Shown one piece after another: positions 7,549 through 17,146 of a stretch of 32,000 nt of DNA. The notes under the pieces are model-generated. The model did not search any database, was not told the DNA's origin, and saw only the letters and a program-made list of their open reading frames with translations. Each line of letters starts with the position of its first letter. Position 1 is the first letter of the stretch. The position numbers were made by a program, and so were the translations under genes. Source of the stretch: Synechocystis sp. PCC 6803 substr. PCC-P (GTDB lineage Bacteria; Cyanobacteriota; Cyanobacteriia; Cyanobacteriales; Microcystaceae); the NCBI RefSeq assembly GCF_000284455.1, contig NC_017039.1, positions 660,001-692,000 of the forward strand, written 5' to 3'.

Positions 7549-7944
7549 ATGTCCGAACTGAAAATCCTAATTGTTGACGACGAACCCCACATTGTAATTC
7601 TGCTGGAAGAGGTGTTTGAGCTTTTAGAAGAAGATTACGGGGTGGAGTTATTGACCGCCATGGATGGGGAAAAAGCCTTGGCTTTAGCAGTGGAACATCA
7701 ACCCCAATTGGTTATTTTAGATGTGATGTTGCCCAAGATTAGTGGTTTAGCAGTTTGTCAACGTATTAAAGAAAATCCTGAGCTAGCTAATACCACGGTG
7801 ATTTTGCTCACGGCCAAGGGCCAACAGTTCGATCGCCAGGCAGGGTTAGCCGCGGGGGCGGATTGCTACGTAACTAAACCCTTTGGCCCCAGGGATTTAT
7901 TGGCCCAAGCGAAGGGAATTTTGGGTATTGAAGAAGAGGATTAA
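7549..7944 (+). CDS. Stand-alone CheY-like response regulator receiver
   Basis: ILIVDDEP..., LVILDVMLPKISG (phospho-acceptor Asp), LLTAKG and YVTKPF. There is no output domain. Confidence 0.85.
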   Translation: MSELKILIVDDEPHIVILLEEVFELLEEDYGVELLTAMDGEKALALAVEHQPQLVILDVMLPKISGLAVCQRIKENPELANTTVILLTAKGQQFDRQAGLAAGADCYVTKPFGPRDLLAQAKGILGIEEED

Positions 7945-7953
7945 TAGTCCATT

Positions 7954-8874
7954 TTAGAAAGATTCAGAGTTAGGGGTATGGTTAATCTCCTGGTCGAGCC
8001 AACGTTTTTTCCAGCGGCTGGTGGGCTCCAATGTACTTTTGCTCTGTTCCGCTCGACGACGGGCCAGAATTACTTCCGCTGGATCTGTTCCTGAAGGATC
8101 ACGGTAGGGGATGGCCGCCTTAGTTTGCAGATGTTCCATTTCCCAGGGGGCAAATATTGATGGGGGTGATGGCTGGTGGCTAGCCAGGGTACCCAGGGGC
8201 CGACGACGGGGATGGGGCGGTTGACCGTCTCCCATGGTGGCAATGGACAGTCCGGCCAGTTGTAAACCATGACGCACCGCCGCCGCACTGCAATAGGTGG
8301 CTAAACGGCCTGTTGGGGCTAGACGATCGCCTAAATGACAGAGAAATTCCACTGTCCACAGTTGGGGACATTTGGGCGGTGAGAAGGGATCGAGGAAAAT
8401 AGCATCGACCTTAATATCTCGGGGCACAACGGATAGTAATGTTTGCCGGGCATCCCCGATCGCCAGATGGGCAGTTAAAAATTCCCTGGCAACCATTTCT
8501 CTTTGAGCTAGATCCTGCAAAATCTCCTGCACCAAATCCGGCCAACCCTGGAGCAAGCCATTGGCGATCGCCTGGCGGGGCACTTGCAGATCGTTTTCCA
8601 AACTGTACAGAGTTACGTGGCAATGGGGATTAATTTGCCAGATGGCTGTTAGGGCCGCCGCTGTGTTGTAGCCCAAGCCATAGCAGACATCAATAATAGT
8701 TAACCTGGATTTTTTGGCCGCCAACTGGGGCAAAAGACAGGGATGAACAAACTTTTCGTCCGCCTCCGCCTTAGCACCCCGCTGGGAATGGAACGTTTCC
8801 CCAAATTGGGGCGAATAGAACGTAAAAGAACCATCCGCCGTCAACTGGGGAGTAAAAGGGGCCGCACTGGTCAA
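7954..8874 (-). CDS. MnmC/MnmD-like SAM-dependent tRNA (mnm5s2U34) methyltransferase domain protein (DUF752-type)
   Basis: DGSFTFYSPQFGETFHSQRGA, IIDVCYGLGYN (SAM motif I-like) and DAIFLDPFSPPKCPQLWT match the MnmC methyltransferase domain. The apparent start is a TTG 3 nt after the upstream stop. Confidence 0.6.
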   Translation of the reverse strand: MTSAAPFTPQLTADGSFTFYSPQFGETFHSQRGAKAEADEKFVHPCLLPQLAAKKSRLTIIDVCYGLGYNTAAALTAIWQINPHCHVTLYSLENDLQVPRQAIANGLLQGWPDLVQEILQDLAQREMVAREFLTAHLAIGDARQTLLSVVPRDIKVDAIFLDPFSPPKCPQLWTVEFLCHLGDRLAPTGRLATYCSAAAVRHGLQLAGLSIATMGDGQPPHPRRRPLGTLASHQPSPPSIFAPWEMEHLQTKAAIPYRDPSGTDPAEVILARRRAEQSKSTLEPTSRWKKRWLDQEINHTPNSESF

Positions 8875-8877
8875 AAA

Positions 8878-9264
8878 TTAGCCCTCCGTTCCCGGTTTAT
8901 CCTGGGCCAATTCCCCTTTCAAGGTGGCAATTTCCTCCGTCAGGCGATCGAGTTCCCTTTTCGCCGTCGCAAAATCGATGATGTTATTGGAACCAGTGGC
9001 AGTGGTTTTGCTAAGGGGGTTGGGCAGGGATTGTCGCCATTGTGCGAGCAATTGATCCACATACTGACGGGCTTCCGTTTCCGTAGTAGTGCCCTTTTGG
9101 GCCCATTGGCTGGCCCGTTGGTCCCATTCCTGTTGCAAATCCTGGAAAGTACCCTGGCGTTTTTGCGGATCCTGCAATGTTTCCACCAAACTAGCGGTGG
9201 CTCCCACCGTAATCCGAAAACCTTGCTGGATAGTGTCTAACAAAGTGCTGTTGTTGGTAGTCAT
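8878..9264 (-). CDS. Hypothetical protein, 128 aa, Q/T-rich helical with a C-terminal coiled-coil-like end
   Basis: ATG start. It lies in tandem with flanking minus-strand genes. No motif recognised. Confidence 0.5.
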   Translation of the reverse strand: MTTNNSTLLDTIQQGFRITVGATASLVETLQDPQKRQGTFQDLQQEWDQRASQWAQKGTTTETEARQYVDQLLAQWRQSLPNPLSKTTATGSNNIIDFATAKRELDRLTEEIATLKGELAQDKPGTEG

Positions 9265-9355
9265 CGTTAAAACTTAAGGTAGTTGAAGGTCAGGATTGAG
9301 TTCTCCAATGGTCGTTGCATTCAACAAGAACACCGTGGGTGAACCACGTTTGACC

Positions 9356-9853
9356 CTAAGCTAAACCAAAATGTCCTGTTTCCGCCACTGGACGGGGCAC
9401 CAAGCCAGTTTCCCAACAGAGTTTCTGGAAATCTTTGATCAACCCACTGCGCTCAATTTGCGAGTACCTATTCAGGTGACCTTTTTGGTTATAGACCAGC
9501 AACAGATCAAGTTCCGGTAGGGTGGCAAAATGCAACAATAAATTAAAAATGTCGATGGACCTAATTTGATATTCCTCCTTGGCAAAATTGGGGTGTCTTT
9601 GGGCATCCTGTTTATTACTAAAGCAAAATATGGCGGCCGCAGTTTTATTGCCCCCTTGGGCGCTCAGGGTGAGTTTGACTAGATTGTCATTGTGGCGACC
9701 AGTCCAAATATAAAGCGTATCCACATTCAGCTTTTTGCCGATTTCTTCAAACAGGGGAGTCATCACCAACTGCACCGCTTTTTTCTCTTCCTCGCTCCCT
9801 TGCGCTTGTTGGGACTGTTGTAGGAATTCTTCCTTAAATTTTTTCAGGCTCAT
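9356..9853 (-). CDS. Hypothetical protein, 165 aa
   Basis: ATG start, 7 nt downstream of the stop of the RNase H-like gene. No motif recognised. Confidence 0.5.
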   Translation of the reverse strand: MSLKKFKEEFLQQSQQAQGSEEEKKAVQLVMTPLFEEIGKKLNVDTLYIWTGRHNDNLVKLTLSAQGGNKTAAAIFCFSNKQDAQRHPNFAKEEYQIRSIDIFNLLLHFATLPELDLLLVYNQKGHLNRYSQIERSGLIKDFQKLCWETGLVPRPVAETGHFGLA

Positions 9854-9860
9854 AGCTTTT

Positions 9861-11051
9861 TCAATTTCCAGAGGGTTTAAGACGGTCGGCGATCGCCGTG
9901 AGGAACTGATTGCTTAATTCGGGCAACTGGGCTAAATTCTTCACCAGCCGAGTTTTCTCCCCCAAGGACAAATCCATAATCATGCTAACAATTTGTTGAA
10001 CTTGGTCCACTGTGGGCACCGTGTCTTTGGCTTCACTCGGTCCTTCTTGGTAAGAGTCGCCGTGGTCGGTGGCAAAGGGATCGGAGGCGGTGGAGGCCAT
10101 GGCTGGTTCAACAAGGCCAGGCTCTGTGGGGGAAAAACCTTGCCTAGTTAACAGATTTCCTTCTTCCAAGGGCGCAAAAAATGGCGGTGGTGGAGGGGGC
10201 ACAAACTCAATATGACCAAGGTGCTCCCTCGCATCGGTAAGTTTCTGGGCAGTGAAATCCCCAGGGTGGGGAGTCATTTGGCTCAGTAACTGGTCTTCCC
10301 AGGGTAATTTCTGCTGCCGGCCGGGGGCTAGGGCTTCTAGCTGAAATTTGCGGACAATGAAGTCCGGAGGCAGTCCCCTTAAATACCAGCGATACATCTC
10401 CGCTAACTGGGACTCATCACCATTCCACTCCAAAGCCAATCTGTCCTGTACCTGCACCGGAATGCGGCGACGCAGGGTGGAGAGAGATTGCTGAGAAAAT
10501 TCGTCAAACTTACCCTGTAACGCCTGAAAATCCTTGGCCGTGGCCTGACTGCCTAATTTGATTAATCGCACAATTTCCGGGGCGATCGGTCTGGGTAACC
10601 CATCGACTTTGGGGGAACGGGCCGCTGTTGCCAAACATTTTTGCACGGTCTGGTAGGCTGGACGGTTTTGATCCAGGGGAATCCATTCCACCATCACCCG
10701 CTCAAATTGCTTCATCACTGTCATCACCTCCCGATGGAGATGACGCAGGGGAGGTTGGTCAATTTCCTCTAGTCCGTTGACCTGGTCAAAGACCTTTTCA
10801 TTGTGGCCCTTGACTTCAATGTTGTGGATGCCCAATTGCCGCGCTTTTTGCAAACCAATTAATAAGGCTCGATAGGACGCTTCTGTGCCGGTGGCCGAGG
10901 CCAGTAACTGTTTAACGCTGGTTCTTTTCCCCGTGGGCAATAGCAAAATGGCCACTGCGGCCCCTTGACCTTTTTGTCCTAGGGCTTCCCCGGCATAGAA
11001 CAAAATTGGTATCGAATTACCTGTGCCATTGGGGGGAGAAGAATTAGCCAT
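9861..11051 (-). CDS. RNase H-like (RVT_3/RNase HI-type) domain protein with a long C-terminal region of unknown function
   Basis: AAVAILLLPTGKRTS...TEASYRALLIGLQKARQLGIHNIEVKGHNEKVFDQVNG...EWIPLDQNRPAYQ follows the RNase HI-fold pattern. I chose ATG 11051 (MANSSPP...) because the track's 11159 start would overlap the divergent gene. The C-terminal ~290 aa includes a PPPPPP tract. Confidence 0.6.
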   Translation of the reverse strand: MANSSPPNGTGNSIPILFYAGEALGQKGQGAAVAILLLPTGKRTSVKQLLASATGTEASYRALLIGLQKARQLGIHNIEVKGHNEKVFDQVNGLEEIDQPPLRHLHREVMTVMKQFERVMVEWIPLDQNRPAYQTVQKCLATAARSPKVDGLPRPIAPEIVRLIKLGSQATAKDFQALQGKFDEFSQQSLSTLRRRIPVQVQDRLALEWNGDESQLAEMYRWYLRGLPPDFIVRKFQLEALAPGRQQKLPWEDQLLSQMTPHPGDFTAQKLTDAREHLGHIEFVPPPPPPFFAPLEEGNLLTRQGFSPTEPGLVEPAMASTASDPFATDHGDSYQEGPSEAKDTVPTVDQVQQIVSMIMDLSLGEKTRLVKNLAQLPELSNQFLTAIADRLKPSGN

Positions 11052-11107
11052 TGCTGGTGGTGTGGGGTGTTTACAATAACAGGGCAACCAGTTGGAGTAA
11101 TTGACCG

Positions 11108-11809
11108 ATGTTGGAAAGAATTCTGGAGCCAGAGGTAATGGACACCGAAGCAGAAGCAATGGACTACGATGCCATGGACTTTCAAGCGGTTAATCTGGCT
11201 TTTGCCCAGAGAGCTTGCCAACTCGGCCCAAGCAAAGCCACAGTGTTAGATGCCGGTACTGGTACGGCCCGTATTCCCATTCTACTCGCCCAGTTACGTC
11301 CTGCATGGCAAATCACTGCCATCGATTTTGCTCGTTCTATGTTGGCGATCGCCAAGGAAAATGTGATCGCAGCGGGGTGTGAAACTCAAATTTGCCTGGA
11401 ATTTGTCGATGCAAAACAATTGCCCTACGCCAATGGTTCCTTTGACGGAGTGATTGCCAATAGCCTCTGTCATCATTTGCCCAGGCCGCTGGATTTTTTG
11501 CGGGAGGTAAAACGGGTGCTCAAGCCCCACGGTTTCCTATTAATTAGGGATTTAATTCGCCCCGAATCCCCGGAAAAATTAGCTGATTTCGTAACGGCGA
11601 TCGGCTCCGACTACAACGACCAGCAGAGGAAACTTTTTGCTGATTCCCTCCACGCTTCCCTAACTATCGCTGAAATACAAGACTATCTCCAGCATTTGGG
11701 TTGGGTCGGTGATGATGGTCCCAACCTGGAGTTACACCTTTACCAGTCTTCCGATCGCCATTGGACATTGGAGAAGAAGTTCCAAAGTTCAACCATAGTA
11801 CAGCGATAG
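11108..11809 (+). CDS. Class I SAM-dependent methyltransferase
   Basis: VLDAGTGTARIP (motif I), FDGVIANSLCHHL and LKPHGFLLIRD. Confidence 0.75.
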   Translation: MLERILEPEVMDTEAEAMDYDAMDFQAVNLAFAQRACQLGPSKATVLDAGTGTARIPILLAQLRPAWQITAIDFARSMLAIAKENVIAAGCETQICLEFVDAKQLPYANGSFDGVIANSLCHHLPRPLDFLREVKRVLKPHGFLLIRDLIRPESPEKLADFVTAIGSDYNDQQRKLFADSLHASLTIAEIQDYLQHLGWVGDDGPNLELHLYQSSDRHWTLEKKFQSSTIVQR

Positions 11810-12013
11810 GACTGCAACGAAGGGAATCAGGTTTCCGCTGATTTGCGTTAAAATTCTCGTAAGCTTTCCCCATCAGGGATTTTTCTCTCGATCCATATGC
11901 TACTTTTTTTGGCCCATCCGGCACCAACCTCCCACCAGTACCCTCCAAGACGGATACCCTAAGGCCCTGTTTCGCCCCGTCCCGTCCTCCCACTGCTATC
12001 TAGGAGCTTGCCC

Positions 12014-12346
12014 ATGCTACACCGGAAAATCTATCAACTTTGTACCGATGGCCACGAAGTCAGTCTTTACCTGAGGGACCAACAAAGGTGGGTAGAAAAT
12101 GCCAAAATTCTGACACTGGAGGGGGATTTGGTCACTTTCCGCTATGAGACCGAAGAAGAGGATGAGGTCTGTGCCTGGGAAGAAATGGTGCGCCTGGAAA
12201 GCATTGGCTCCGTTAACCGTAAGTTGGCCTCCGTTTCCCGCCTTGGTCATGAACTGCTAATTTCTGAAGATTGTCCAGAGGCGGAACAGTTACTAGCCCG
12301 ATCGCCAAAGTCCCACCAGGAAGAAGAAGAGGAAGACTGCGACTAA
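12014..12346 (+). CDS. Hypothetical protein, ~110 aa, with an acidic C-terminus
   Basis: ATG at 12014; the track start at 12008 is a TTG. No motif recognised. Confidence 0.45.
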   Translation: MLHRKIYQLCTDGHEVSLYLRDQQRWVENAKILTLEGDLVTFRYETEEEDEVCAWEEMVRLESIGSVNRKLASVSRLGHELLISEDCPEAEQLLARSPKSHQEEEEEDCD

Positions 12347-12392
12347 ACTGGAACAGATTAAAATAAATTCCCCTATTTTTCCCGGCCCCACT

Positions 12393-13049
12393 ATGACCGA
12401 AAATATTGTCCGCGAAACCAGCAAGAAAAAAGAAAGCCCCCCGGAAAATACCTGGTTAGAGTTGGGCAAAACCATGGTTACCGCGGTTATCCTGGCGATC
12501 GGTATTCGGACTTTTGTGGCCGAAGCTCGCTACATTCCCTCTTCCTCCATGGAGCCGACCCTGCAGATTAACGATCGCCTGATCATTGAAAAGATCAGTT
12601 ACCGATTGCGGGATCCGGAGCGGGGAGAAATTGTGGTCTTTAACCCCACTGACGCCCTAAAAGCAAAAAACTTCCACGATGCTTTTATTAAGCGCATTAT
12701 CGGTTTACCGGGGGATGAAGTTAGGGTTTCCCAAGGCAACGTTTATGTCAACGGCAAAATGCTGGACGAAAATTACATTGCGGCTCCTCCCGCCTATGAA
12801 TATGGCCCAGTGAAAGTGCCCGATGATCAGTATTTAGTGTTAGGGGATAACCGCAACAACAGCTATGACTCCCACTATTGGGGCTTTGTCCCCCGGGAAA
12901 AATTGCTCGGCCGTGCCTTTGTCCGTTTTTGGCCCGTACCCCGGGTAGGCCTGTTGACTGATGATGCTGAGCGAGAAGCAGTAGAAATTAGCCCCCAAGC
13001 ATGGGAAAGTCCAGCCATTTCCCCCCAGACAGTGCCGGAGAGTCGTTAG
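12393..13049 (+). CDS. lepB: Signal peptidase I
   Basis: One N-terminal TM segment. Catalytic Ser box IPSSSMEPTL, Lys box FIKRIIGLPGD, and GDNRNNSYDSHYWGFVP. Confidence 0.9.
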   Translation: MTENIVRETSKKKESPPENTWLELGKTMVTAVILAIGIRTFVAEARYIPSSSMEPTLQINDRLIIEKISYRLRDPERGEIVVFNPTDALKAKNFHDAFIKRIIGLPGDEVRVSQGNVYVNGKMLDENYIAAPPAYEYGPVKVPDDQYLVLGDNRNNSYDSHYWGFVPREKLLGRAFVRFWPVPRVGLLTDDAEREAVEISPQAWESPAISPQTVPESR

Positions 13050-13090
13050 ATTATAAGCAATCACCACTGTGCGGAGAGAATCAAATAATT

Positions 13091-13714
13091 ATGGTTACCC
13101 CCACCCTCGTTAAAACCATCGCCACTGCTGCTCCCCAAACCTTTGACCAATTTTTGAAGCAATGTCCCGAAGAAGGCCGCTTTGAGTGGGTAAATGGAAA
13201 AATCATCGAAATGGTTAACACCCGCGAACATAAACTGATTGCTGAGTTCATTCTTTTCGCTTTCCATGACGAAATACGTCGTCTCTCATTAAACTTTGAT
13301 GTCACCACCCAGGCCACCATCAGAACTGAGATTAAGACCGGCGGTTTTCATGGACGCATTCCGGATGTGAGTGTTATCGATCGCCATGTATGGCGCTCCG
13401 ATCCCGGTGACTACAGAGCTTTAACTGAGCCAGTCCAGTTAGCAGTGGAGGTGGTTTCTAGTAACTGGGAAACGGATTATTTTGATAAATTGGATGAGTA
13501 TCAACGCCTTGGCATCAAAGAATATTGGATTGTCGATTATCTGGCGATCGGTAGTCGGGACATTTTAGGGGAACCAAAGCAGCCCACCGTTTCCATCTAT
13601 ACCCTCAATCCAGAAGGAGTTTACGATCGCCAAGCTTTTCAAGGGCAAGAAACCTTAGTATCCCCCACGTTTGCGGAACTGGTATTGACCCCAGAGCAAA
13701 TTTTTAACGCTTAG
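13091..13714 (+). CDS. Uma2-family (DUF820) restriction-endonuclease-like protein
   Basis: FEWVNGKIIEM, PDVSVI, LAVEVVSSN and KEYWIVD are the typical Uma2 blocks. ATG 13091 is preferred over 13001, which overlaps lepB. Confidence 0.7.
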   Translation: MVTPTLVKTIATAAPQTFDQFLKQCPEEGRFEWVNGKIIEMVNTREHKLIAEFILFAFHDEIRRLSLNFDVTTQATIRTEIKTGGFHGRIPDVSVIDRHVWRSDPGDYRALTEPVQLAVEVVSSNWETDYFDKLDEYQRLGIKEYWIVDYLAIGSRDILGEPKQPTVSIYTLNPEGVYDRQAFQGQETLVSPTFAELVLTPEQIFNA

Positions 13715-13990
13715 TATTGGCATCAACAAGACAAAAAGTGGGGGTTGTATCGCGTCTCAGCCAGGATGGGGCGGAGAGTTTGGTAGAGGCTTAACTATAA
13801 GTCCACCAAAAGATAGAACTTCCTCAATTATTCACCTATGGCGTGAGTCAGCAGAAGAGGAATGTAGCTGACAATACAGAGACTTTACCTGGGATTTCTG
13901 TTAGTTTTGAGCAGGGGATAGGGTGGGCACAACTCTCTTCTTTTTTTAAACTCTAACTATCAGAAAACCATTTAGGAGCGCTCTTTACAG

Positions 13991-15442
13991 ATGCAGGATT
14001 TTTTGAGTAACACAGTGGCGTTGTCGCGGCTACAATTTGCCGTCACTGCCATTTTCCATATGCTTTGGCCGGTATTAACCACTGGTATGGGCATTTATTT
14101 AGTAATTATTGAAGGATTATGGCTGAAAACTCGTAATTTAGACTATTATCACCATGCTCGCTTTTGGGCTCGGCTCTACGTTTTAAATTTCGGTATTGGA
14201 GTAGCTACCGGTTTGCCCATGGCCTTTCAATTCGGTCTAAACTGGGCTCCTTTTTCGGAATCCGTAGGGGACTTCTTCGGCACAGTGCTGGGCTTTGAGG
14301 GCACCATGGCCTTTATGCTCGAAGCCAGTTTTTTAGGCATTATGCTATTTGGTTGGGACCGGGTTCCGCCCTTAATTCATTACCTCGCCACCATTTTGGT
14401 AGCCATTGGAGCAAATCTTTCCACCTTTTGGATTCTTTCGGCTAATTCCTGGTTACAGACCCCCGCTGGGGGCATTTTTGTCGATGGAAAATTTGTGGTG
14501 CAGGACTATTTTGCGGCGATCGCCAATCCGTTTATGGTTAATAGTTTCCTGCACATGTTCTTTGCCACTTTAGAAACCTCTATGTTTGTCATTGGGGGTA
14601 TCAGTGCTTGGTGTATTCTCACCGGTCGTCAACCGCAATTTTTTGCCCGCTCTTTGCAGGTAATTTTAGTGGTGGTGATGGCGGTGGCCCCTCTGCAAAT
14701 TTTCATTGGTCATTTGAGTGCGGAACAAGTATCAGTGCATCAACCGGCTAAACTTGCGGCCATGGAAGCTCTCTGGGAAACGGTGCCAGCCAAAACCCCC
14801 GCGGCTTGGAGTGTGGTGGCTTTACCCAACGATAAAGCAGAAAAAAATGACTGGGAACTGAGCATTCCCGGCGCATTGAGCTACATTTTGGAACTTAAAC
14901 CCCAACTGGATAAACCCATTCAAGGCCTGAAAGATTGGGCCCCGGTTGATCGCCCGAGGATGGTGGGCTTAATTTACTATTCTTTCCGCATTATGGTGGC
15001 CATTGGACTCTTTTTTGCCGCTCTCATGGCCGTGACAGTACTGCAATGGTTGCGGGGGAAATTGAAACCGGAAATTATCAGCCAACAAAAATGGCTACTG
15101 CGGGCTTGGGTCTTTGCCGCTCCGTTGGGTTATTTAGCAGTGGAAACGGGCTGGATTGTTCGTTGTGTGGGGCGACAACCCTGGATCGTTTACGGAGAGA
15201 TGCGGACAGCAGAATCGGCCTCCAACCTGCCCCCCGGTGAAATTCTTTTTTCCCTAACCGGGTTGAGTGTAATGTATATCGTCTTTTTAATTGCCACTCT
15301 CTATTTCGGCAGTCGCATTATCCGCAATGGGCCGGATTTAACCTTGCCTGCTCCCCGAGGTTCCGAAGCTTCCCTTTGGGGCACTGTGACCAAGCATGAA
15401 ACCAACCGCCGTCCCGCTGAAATTGCTGAAGTTAAGGAGTAA
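13991..15442 (+). CDS. cydA: Cytochrome bd quinol oxidase subunit I
   Basis: LSRLQFAVTAIFHMLWP..., GWIVRCVGRQPW. It is polytopic and is immediately followed by subunit II. Confidence 0.9.
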   Translation: MQDFLSNTVALSRLQFAVTAIFHMLWPVLTTGMGIYLVIIEGLWLKTRNLDYYHHARFWARLYVLNFGIGVATGLPMAFQFGLNWAPFSESVGDFFGTVLGFEGTMAFMLEASFLGIMLFGWDRVPPLIHYLATILVAIGANLSTFWILSANSWLQTPAGGIFVDGKFVVQDYFAAIANPFMVNSFLHMFFATLETSMFVIGGISAWCILTGRQPQFFARSLQVILVVVMAVAPLQIFIGHLSAEQVSVHQPAKLAAMEALWETVPAKTPAAWSVVALPNDKAEKNDWELSIPGALSYILELKPQLDKPIQGLKDWAPVDRPRMVGLIYYSFRIMVAIGLFFAALMAVTVLQWLRGKLKPEIISQQKWLLRAWVFAAPLGYLAVETGWIVRCVGRQPWIVYGEMRTAESASNLPPGEILFSLTGLSVMYIVFLIATLYFGSRIIRNGPDLTLPAPRGSEASLWGTVTKHETNRRPAEIAEVKE

Positions 15443-15445
15443 CCC

Positions 15446-16456
15446 ATGGAACCGTTAGAACCGCTACAACATTTTCTGCCCCAGGTTTGGTTTTTCATTT
15501 TGGGGTTATTTCTCTTTCTCTATGTCCTGTTGGATGGGTTTGATCTGGGGGTGGGGATTTTGTCCCTTACGGCTTCCAGCGAAGAACGGCGCAGTATTCT
15601 GATGACCAGTTTGGGTAATGTTTGGGATGCCAACGAAACCTGGTTAGTTTTAATGGGCGGCTCTTTATTTGGGGCTTTTCCCCTGGCCTACGCCACCATT
15701 TTGAATGCTCTCTATTTACCGGCGGTGATTATGGTGGTGGGGTTAATTCTCCGGGCAGTGTCCTTTGAGTTTCGGGAAAATGCTAATCGTAAATTAGTCT
15801 GGAACATCGCCTTTGGGGTCGGTAGTTTCCTCGCCGCCCTAGGTCAAGGTTTTGCCCTTGGCAGTGTGTTTGAAGGCATTACCGTCGATGCCCAGGGACA
15901 TTTTGCCGGCACCATGTGGGATTGGCTGACTTGGCGATCGGTCATTGTGGCCCTTACCCTCATCCAGGGTTATGTGTTGATCGGCTCCACCTATCTCATT
16001 TTGAAGACGGAAGGAGAATTGCAAAAAACCTATTTCAAGACGGCGGCGATCGCCACTTGGACCACTTTGGCGGGGGCGGTGTTTATTACCATTAGCACTC
16101 CAGCTTTTTCCGAAGAGGCCAGGGCCCAATTGTTTACCGCTCCGTTGGTGTACATTTTTGCCGCCATTCCCCTGGTGGGCTTACTGTTCATTGGCCTACT
16201 GTTGCGGAGTTTGTATCTGCGGGAAGAAAATACCCCGATTATCTGGACATTTTTAGTCTTTTCCCTTTCCTTTATTGGTTTGGGTTTCATTATTTTCCCC
16301 AACATCATTCCCCCCAGCGTCACTATTTATGAAGCGGCGGCGGCCCCCAGTTCCCTAGTGTTTATGCTGACTTTCATTGGTTTCCTGATCCCGATCCTGT
16401 TGTTCTACAACATCTACAATTACTTAGTTTTCCGGGGCAAAATTGTCACCGACTAG
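15446..16456 (+). CDS. cydB: Cytochrome bd quinol oxidase subunit II
   Basis: VWFFILGLFLFLYVLLDGFDLGVGIL and WDANETWLV. It starts 3 nt after the cydA stop. Confidence 0.9.
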   Translation: MEPLEPLQHFLPQVWFFILGLFLFLYVLLDGFDLGVGILSLTASSEERRSILMTSLGNVWDANETWLVLMGGSLFGAFPLAYATILNALYLPAVIMVVGLILRAVSFEFRENANRKLVWNIAFGVGSFLAALGQGFALGSVFEGITVDAQGHFAGTMWDWLTWRSVIVALTLIQGYVLIGSTYLILKTEGELQKTYFKTAAIATWTTLAGAVFITISTPAFSEEARAQLFTAPLVYIFAAIPLVGLLFIGLLLRSLYLREENTPIIWTFLVFSLSFIGLGFIIFPNIIPPSVTIYEAAAAPSSLVFMLTFIGFLIPILLFYNIYNYLVFRGKIVTD

Positions 16457-17088
16457 GGAGTTCGTTGCAATAAACAGCGATACACCGGACGTTGCAAATT
16501 AAAACAGGCAATTTCCCTTTCTGTGGGTACCCCCAGTGGATTTTCTGCCAACCAAGGGGTGTCATGGGTAAAAACAAAATTGTCATTTTCGGCAAAACGG
16601 TCCCTCATATCCTGGGCCACGGGCTCCACATCCGATTGCAGTAAAACTTCCCCTCCTGGAGGCAATGCGTTGGCGATCGCCGTCACTAGTTCTGGTTGGG
16701 CCACTCGGCGTTTATTATGTCGTTGCTTAAACCAGGGATCGGGAAATTGGATGCTGACCCGTTGCAGAGTGGGGGGAAAGGCGGAAAAGAATTTTTCTGG
16801 CTCCACATTGATGTTGCCAAACAGGTAATGGAGATTTTTTAACCCCAGACGATCGCCGGTTTCGTTGGCCTCTAGCACCAAGGGTTGACGGATTTCCACC
16901 CCTAAAAAATTCCAGTCGGGGTGTTGTTGAGCCATTTTGAGGGGAAAGCGACCCCGGGCACAGCCAATATCTAGATGCAATGGTCGTTGGACATCGTCAT
17001 AAACGGTGGCCCAATCGGGACAGGCCAACACCTGCCGATATTTTTCACTGAGGGGGTTGACGTGTTGGCGGATGCGGACTCTAGCCAA
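16453..17088 (-). CDS. trmB: tRNA (guanine-N7)-methyltransferase
   Basis: RIRQHVNPL..., LDIGCARG, FPDPWFKQRHNKRR. The apparent start is a TTG. Confidence 0.85.
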   Translation of the reverse strand: MARVRIRQHVNPLSEKYRQVLACPDWATVYDDVQRPLHLDIGCARGRFPLKMAQQHPDWNFLGVEIRQPLVLEANETGDRLGLKNLHYLFGNINVEPEKFFSAFPPTLQRVSIQFPDPWFKQRHNKRRVAQPELVTAIANALPPGGEVLLQSDVEPVAQDMRDRFAENDNFVFTHDTPWLAENPLGVPTEREIACFNLQRPVYRCLLQRTP

Positions 17089-17146
17089 GGAAATTTAGCC
17101 TAATTCAACATTTATCTTCACAGCCATTTTCTAACATTTTCGCAAT

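Noticed and set aside
8743-9240. 165-aa plus-strand ORF
   Set aside because: It is antisense to two tandem minus-strand genes, and its Arg/Gly/Leu-rich translation is typical of a GC-rich shadow frame.
11051-11159. N-terminal extensions offered by the ORF track (11159 for the RNase H-like gene; likewise 13001 for Uma2, 18427 for ackA, 24607 for ferredoxin, 19340 for the lipoprotein)
   Set aside because: Each extension overlaps a neighbouring gene or adds non-conserved residues ahead of a canonical family N-terminus with its own ATG. I used the shorter starts.
11664-11993. 109-aa minus-strand ORF spanning the methyltransferase 3' end and the intergenic region
   Set aside because: It overlaps a well-supported plus-strand gene. 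It is Gly/Arg-rich with no motif, and it arises from the pyrimidine-rich plus strand.
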